Shown: piece after piece, positions 57,780 through 64,000 of the stretch
Numbering within the stretch: position 1 is the first letter of the stretch
Layout of the letters: each line of letters opens with the position of its first letter
Assembly (NCBI GenBank): GCA_035084275.1
Contig: CM068744.1
Coordinates: 42,470,001-42,534,000 of the forward strand
DNA length: 64,000 nucleotides
Direction: 5' to 3'
Origin: Hydrolagus colliei
Taxonomy: Eukaryota
The notes under the pieces: generated by a model
Told to the model about the DNA's origin: nothing
Seen by the model: only the letters and a program-made list of their open reading frames with translations
The model's database searches: none
Position numbers and translations under genes: made by a program

Positions 57780-60220
57780 TCTTTAACGTCCCTATCCCCA
57801 ACCCTCCACTACTCCTGATCAACCCTCCTCTCCCTCCAACCGCCCCAACTCCTATCCCTGCTTGACCACCGCACAGCCTCCCTCTGCTCCTCTCTTCTCA
57901 TCCTCCATCGCGCATACAGTGGCAGACGCCGCCGGCTATCCAACATCACCCACCCTTAATGCCCCATCCCCCACTCTCGCCACACGGTCCTTGGACCTCT
58001 TCCCTCTGGGCCAACCTCTCCTCCCTCATTCATAATAATAACCCTTGCATTTTGATATAGTGCTTTTCACACTTCCAGAAGTCTCAAAGTGCTTCACAGA
58101 ATAATACTGTAAGTGAATTGATTGTACATTTGTGGGAGAAATGCAGCAGTAAATTGTGCACAGCAGTGTCCCCCGAACAGTCAAGGATTGAAATTACCAA
58201 TTTTATTGTGGGTGTTTTTTTGTTTGTTTTTGGGAGGAATTATTATTAGGTGTATGGAGTAAGGAAACTTACCAATGGTTTCACCCTGACTAGCCTGGAT
58301 TCAAACACAGGTCTCATGCTTGTAAGGCAGGTGCTCTAACCTATCCATATCCCCACCCTCCCTGTCAACCAATCCCCTCATCTCGCGCTATCCACTACCA
58401 CCAACTGTGGCATTGGCCTCCAAAATGTCCGCTCCCTGTCCAACAAAACCCGTACCATTCATGACCTCACCATTGACGAAAATCTTGACATCGTCGCTTT
58501 GACAGAAATTTGGGTTACCTTCCCCCTGATTGAGGCCACACAACCCAGCTACACCTTCCACCAAAACCTACGGCGTAATAACTGCCATGGTGGTGGTGTG
58601 GCTCTTATCTCCCGATCCACCCTTGGCCTTTCCCCTTACTCCTCTGGAACCTTTCCTTCCTTTGAACACCTTACTCTCTATCACCCCTCCAGTCTCTCTC
58701 TCAAAATCCTCCTTATCTATCATCCCCCACTTTCCTCTCTGGCATCTCCACTCTCTTGTCTTCTCTCTCCCTCTGCTTTGAACGCATCCTCATCCTAGGT
58801 GACGTTAACCTCCACTTCAGCCCTTCCTACTCTACCTCTATTGACTTCTCCTCCCTCTTCACCTTCCTTAATCTCTCCCTTCACATCCACTCCACCACCC
58901 ACATCCATGCGCATGATTACCCGGGGCCTCACCGCTTCAGACATCACCATCACAGACAAAGCCATCTCGGATCACCACTTGATCTCCCTTAACACCTCTT
59001 TCCCCGACTCAATCCTCTACAAGCATCTATTGCCCATGGAAAAATATTTCCTCCTCTCCTTCTTTGCCACCCTTGAATCGTCTAAACTCCTATCCCTCTG
59101 GCCCACACTAACTGACCTGCCCTCCTCTCTATCTTTTCTCAATAGATCCCTCTCCTCCAGCCTCGACTCTCTTGCCCCCCTCACTTCCGGAACAATCTCT
59201 TACTCCCATATATCCCAAGTCCTCCTATTATTGCAATTTAATCTTGGAGGCCAAGGACAACCCCAGGCTCCTTTTCTCCACTAGAAATCGTCTCCTCCAT
59301 CCTCCATTCCACGCCTCACCCATCACACTCTCCAACTCCAACTACAAGGAGATGCTGGACTTCCTTGAATCAAAAATCAAGGGGCTCAGCTACCTCTACC
59401 CTACCCTCTTCTACCTCCCCATTATCTCTCCCCTAGGTTCTATCCACCTCCCACCCCTCACTATGCATCTTTGACCCGATCTCTCTTTATGCGCTCTGTG
59501 CTCTCATCCGAAAAATGAAACCCACCACCTGCTCCCTTGACCCCATCCCTACTTCTCTCCTCATCTCCCAGCTCCATCTCCAAGCCCCACTGCTAACTGA
59601 CATCATCAGCACCTCCCTACCAAGTAGTCAACACCTTCCCACCCATCTCAAAACTGTCATTGTAAAGGAATGGGAGATTGGTGATGGGGTGGTAACAGAC
59701 AGTTTTGAAAATACCTTCAATGGACCCATCCCTACTCTCCAGTTACCACCCCATCACCAATCTCCCATTCCTTTCCAAGGCCCTGGAATGAATCGTTCCT
59801 TCCCAGCTTCACTCCTTTCTCTCTTGCTATTCCCTTTTCAAAACCCTATAATATGGCTTCCATACTGCCCATAGTACGAAGTCAGCCCTGGTCAAAGTCT
59901 CAAACCACAGTCTTAATATCTGTGATTAGGGCTCTCTCTGCCTCTTTGACCTCTCTGCTGCATTCAAAACTATTGACCACGCCATCCTCCTGTACCGCCT
60001 CTCCTCCCAGGTCAATATCCAAGGACCCGCGCTAGCCTGGTTTGTCTCATACCTTTCCCATCGTCTCCACTTTGTCGCTACCAATGGCTTCACTTAAGCC
60101 CCTGCACTTTCACCTGTGGCATCCCCCAAGGCTCTGAACCCCCTACTTTTTAACATCTACATGCTCCCCCTTGGTGACATCATCTGCAGACATGGGATTA
60201 ATCTCTACATTTCTGCAGAT
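57780..60220 (+). mobile_element. Decayed L2 (endonuclease to RT), with a SINE inserted at 58035-58345
   Basis: LQNVRSLSNKTR...LTEIW; LILGDVNLH; MKPTTCSLDPIP; frameshifted. Confidence 0.8.
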
Positions 60221-60224
60221 GGCA

Positions 60225-60510
60225 TAAGAACATAAGAATTAAGAGCAGCAGTAGGCCATATGAAGCCTGCGCCGCCATTCAATCAGACCATGGCTGATCT
60301 ATTCTAGCTCCACCTAACTGTCTTATCACCATATCCCTTAATCGCTTTATCCATAAGAAATCTATCAACCTCAGTCTTGAATATGTTCAAGGACTGAGCA
60401 TCCACAGCCCTTTGGGTAGAGAATGCTATAAATTCATTACACTCTGAGTGAAGAAATTTGTTCTCAACTCAGCAGGAAAGGGCTGATCCCTAACCTTCAG
60501 ACTGTGACCC
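60225..60510 (-). mobile_element. CR1 3' end
   Basis: cataagaacataagaattaagagcagcagtaggccat. Confidence 0.75.
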
Positions 60511-60539
60511 CTGGTTACAGTTTCTCCAATCAGGAGAAA

Positions 60540-60990
60540 CAGTCTCCCACCATCTACTCTGTCAGTTTCCGCCCTGATCACAGCACAGAAACTGCCCTGG
60601 TCAAGGTTACGAACGACATCCTAACCGCCTGCGACCAGGGCTCCCTCTGCCTCCTCGACTTGTCTGCTGCGTTCGACACAGTCGATCACACCATCCTCCT
60701 CCAACGTCTTTCCTCCCACCTCAACCTTCAAGGCACAGTCCTTGAATGGTTCCACTCCTACCTGACCCACCACCTACATTTCGTATCCTCCAATACTTTT
60801 TCTTCAAACCCCCATACAGTTTCTCATGCCTTCTGTTCCCCCCCTAATTCTTCGACCTCCCCTACGTTTTTTACCCCCTCCCGAACACTCCCCTCCCAGC
60901 TCGGGTCACACGCCTCCTGTGCAGCGCCTTGGGACATCCTCCCGACGTGAAAGGCGCTCTATAAGTGCAAGTTGTTGTTGTTGTTGTTGT
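60540..60990 (+). mobile_element. L2 fragment with internal deletion joining RT directly to the tail
   Basis: [10 protein letters not shown]...[11 protein letters not shown], then a jump to the 3' UTR and (TTG)n. Confidence 0.85.
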
Positions 60991-61470
60991 CATGCCCCTT
61001 AATAATCTTATAGGTTTCAATAAGATCACCTCTAATTCTTCTATATTCTAGAGAATATTGGCCTACATTGCTCAAACTATCCTCATAACTCATTCCCCTC
61101 ATTCCAGGTACCAACCTAGTGAATCTATGTTGTACCAACTACAAGGCAAGCACATCCTTTCTTAAATAAGGAGACCAAAAACTGGACACAGTATTCCAGG
61201 TGCAGTCTCACCAGGACCCTATACAGCTGCAGCAAGACTTCCCTACTCTTATATTCTAACCCTTTTATAATGAACGCCAACATACCGTAAGCCTTCCTAA
61301 TGGTTTGCTGTACCTGCAAACTAACTTTTTGTGACTGGTGTACAAGGACACCCAAATCCCTCTGAAAGCTAACACAATTTAGTCTCTCGCCCCTTCTAAA
61401 GAATAATCTGCTGTGCTGTTTTTACTCCCCAGATGGATGACTTCACACCCTACATTATATTTTATCTGCC
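60991..61470 (-). mobile_element. CR1 fragment
   Basis: GLEYKSREVLLQLYRVLVRLHLEYCVQF. Confidence 0.85.
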
Positions 61471-61489
61471 ACCTGATACCTAACTCTAT

Positions 61490-62405
61490 CTTTCCACCTC
61501 TACCTTCCACTGTCCTGACAGACTGCCTGTCAGATATCATCCTGGATGAGAGCTACCTTCCTGCAGATGAATGTCATCAAGACCGAGGCCCTGCTGATTG
61601 GCTCGCGCCAGTGCCTTCACGCATCTGGCGCTGGCAGCATCAACCTTTATGATTGCTCACTCAACATCACTAAGCCAGTCAGGAACCTAGGTGTCTTGTT
61701 TGATCCTCAACTGTCTTTCTTGCCCCACATCCAAGCCATGATCCACTCTGCCTTCCCTCACCTCCACAATATTTCTCGACTCCACCATTACCTTACTCTC
61801 AAGGCAGCTGAACCCCTCATTTATGCCTTCATTACATCCCAGCTTGACTATGCAAATGCCCTGCTTGTCGGCCTTCCCAATTCCTCCCTCCACAGCTTGC
61901 AGATAATCGAAAATTCTGCGGCCCTTGTCCTCCACAGCTCCAAGCTTCGTGACCCCATCTCTCCCATCCTCACCTGACTTCATTGTCTCCCCATCATCCA
62001 GAGGATCCAATTCAAGATCCTGGTCCTCACATTCAAAGCCCTTCAGAGGCTCACCCCACCCCACATCTGTGACTTTCTAAGCCCCAGCAACCCGTCCGCC
62101 CCCTCTGCTCACCAGACTCTGGCCTGCTCCATATCTCCTGACTCACCCGCCCCACCATTGGTGGGCCAACGTTCAGCCACTCTTCCAGCAACCTCTGGAA
62201 CACCATCCTGCAGTTCCTCTGCCTGTCCCCACCCTGGCCTCCTTCTGCCTCAAGATCCTCCTCTTCGACGGCCCCATTGGCCACTCCAAATCTCTCCCTT
62301 TCCCTCCTCCTTCCCTTTCCCTCCTCCCTCCCTGTCCCCAGCTCGGGTCTGAAACATCCTCCTGACACGAAAGGCACTTTACAAGTGTAATTTTGTTGTT
62401 GTTAT
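61490..62405 (+). mobile_element. L2 3' fragment
   Basis: FLQMNVIKTEALLIG...FITSQLDYANALLVGLP; tail. Confidence 0.88.
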
Positions 62406-62551
62406 GCAATTTATAACTATATAAAGCATATCCTTATGAAAATATATATTGATTATAAATATATTTGTTGCGACATAAACCAAAACAACATACAAAAAAC
62501 CCACAAACAGGTTATGCACACATTTTTTCTGTTACGTTCCTTTTCAAACAG

Positions 62552-62610
62552 TCAGGAATCGTCCCTGTTTGCACCATAACCATCAACGCACCAAGGCACA
62601 TCCTGAGAAG
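62552..62610 (+). CDS. Candidate cytoplasmic exon: (V)RNRPCLHHNHQRTKAHPEK
   Basis: Strong acceptor ttttttctgttacgttccttttcaaacag| in one of the few non-repeat gaps; phase 1 fits the TM donor; end uncertain (weak AAG|gtcact donor, or read-through to the stop at 62758-62760). Confidence 0.45.
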
Positions 62611-62814
62611 GTCACTCGGTGCTCTCCAAACGTACTCCAATGTGGACCATACGCGGACATGTTTATTACACATGAATTTCTCACAACAATATTCAACTAT
62701 GGCATCTCCCACTTGACAGCCTCTCCATTTCTTCCCTCCACAAGCTGTAGATCATCTTAAACTCTACAGCTCATATCCTCTCCAGCACCAGGCTCCGCAA
62801 CTCCCTCAGAACAA

Positions 62815-64000
62815 ACACCAACAACAACTTCGATTTATATAGCGCTCTCCACGCCGGACGGCGTCTCAGAGCACTTCATAGTAGCGGATCCCAGGACCGA
62901 GCCAGGGGTAGAAAGGTAACTAAAGTCGTGGTCGAAGAGAAAGGTCTTTAGCTGTGACCTGAAACTGGGAAGAGAGGGGTTGAGGCAAAGGGAGTGAAGA
63001 AGAGAGTTCTTCCATATCCTCAGGGCATAGTGGCTGAAGGCATGCCTGCCGAGAGTGGAGTGGAGGATTCGGGGGACATGTAGGAGACCAGACCCGGTGG
63101 AGAGAAGGCAGCGAGTGCTGGTTTGGGGAGAGGAGATCAGAGAGGAGTGGAGGGATTTGAAAACAAGTGTGAGGATCTTGAAGTCGATCCTCTCAGGGAC
63201 AGGGAGCCAGTGAAGTCTGGCAAGGACTGGGGTAATGGGGGAGCGAAGTTTGGTGCAGGTGAGTATGCGGGTGGCAGAGTTTTGAATCAGCTGGATTTTG
63301 TCGATTATGGTAGAGGGGAGACCGGCGAGGAGGGCATTGGAATATTCCAGCCGAGAGGTGACAAAGGCATGGATCAGAGTTAATACAGCTTTTGGGGTGA
63401 GGTATTGCCGGAGACGGGCAATCCGTCGGAGGTGGAAGAAGGCAGTGCTGATGAGGGAGGAAGGGCAGTTGGGGGTCGAACCTGATGGCAAGTTTGTGCA
63501 TAGGTTCGGAGAGTTTAAGGGCAGACCGGGAAGATGGAGGAGGTGAGAGCCGTGCGAATGGAGACGTTGATGAGAGCTAAAGAGTATGGCTTCCGACTTG
63601 TCAACATTCGGCTGCAGGAAATTCTCGCTCATCCAGCTCCTGATGTCTGACAGGCAGGCTGACAAAACATCAGGGGACTGGGGGTTGCAAAGTGAAGTGG
63701 AAAAGTAGAGTTGGGTGTCATCAGCATATGTGTGGAAGTGCCCCGTGTCTGCACATGACATCCCCAAGAGGGAGCATATAGATGAGGAAGAGGAGGGGGC
63801 CGAGGATATATCCCTGGGGTACCCCACAGGTAACTGGGTGAGAGCGGGAGGAACAGCCATTTGTGGAGATGTACTGCTGACGGTTTGTGAGGTAGGACTC
63901 GAACCAGGCGTCATCTACTGAGGTGGATGACGGAGGACAGGCGGTGGAGGAGGATGGCATGGTTGACTGTATCGAATGCAGCGGACAGGTCCAGGAGGAT
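62815..64000 (-). mobile_element. L2 LINE RT and tail (runs off the window end)
   Basis: [11 protein letters not shown]...FHLRRIARLRQYLTP...IDFKILTLVFK; same subfamily as 2959-4490. Confidence 0.93.

Noticed and set aside
62665-62688. Ly6/three-finger CCxxxxCN motif on the minus strand (CCEKFMCN)
   Set aside because: Lies antisense in degenerate L2 sequence (catgcattcgtcacatcaaggctcaactatgg-like); no upstream LU-domain cysteines

Overview
Repeat-dense eukaryotic genomic DNA, most likely from a cartilaginous fish. That assignment is inferred from the repeat inventory: CR1 and L2 LINEs, a tRNA-derived SINE with an AmnSINE1/SacSINE1-like 3' half, and Penelope terminal repeats. Most of the window is transposon debris: about 25 L2 fragments, about 8 CR1 fragments, more than 12 SINE copies, several hAT, Tigger-like and MULE-like DNA elements with readable TIRs/TSDs, and three LTR relics. 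One + strand host gene is threaded through it: a leader exon (28234-28288), three open phase-1 antigen-receptor-type V exons that each already carry a J-like GxGT strand (40899-41234, 43436-43771, 53441-53782), a transmembrane exon (54531-54620/54628), and a candidate cytoplasmic exon (62552-) that would give a CD8alpha/CD4-like RNR-P-CxH motif. I found no RSS or C1 exon, so it reads as a non-rearranging, three-VJ-domain receptor that I cannot match to a named family. Exon joins are inferred from splice signals and phase, not from transcripts. Other points of interest: a decayed gag-only LTR element with a tRNA-Lys3-type PBS, an N-terminal membrane anchor, two zinc knuckles and a PPxY motif; a 118-bp Penelope-type unit carrying a minimal hammerhead ribozyme between 12-bp direct repeats; and a nested hAT MITE family spreading a G-rich minisatellite. 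LINE and SINE boundaries are approximate.
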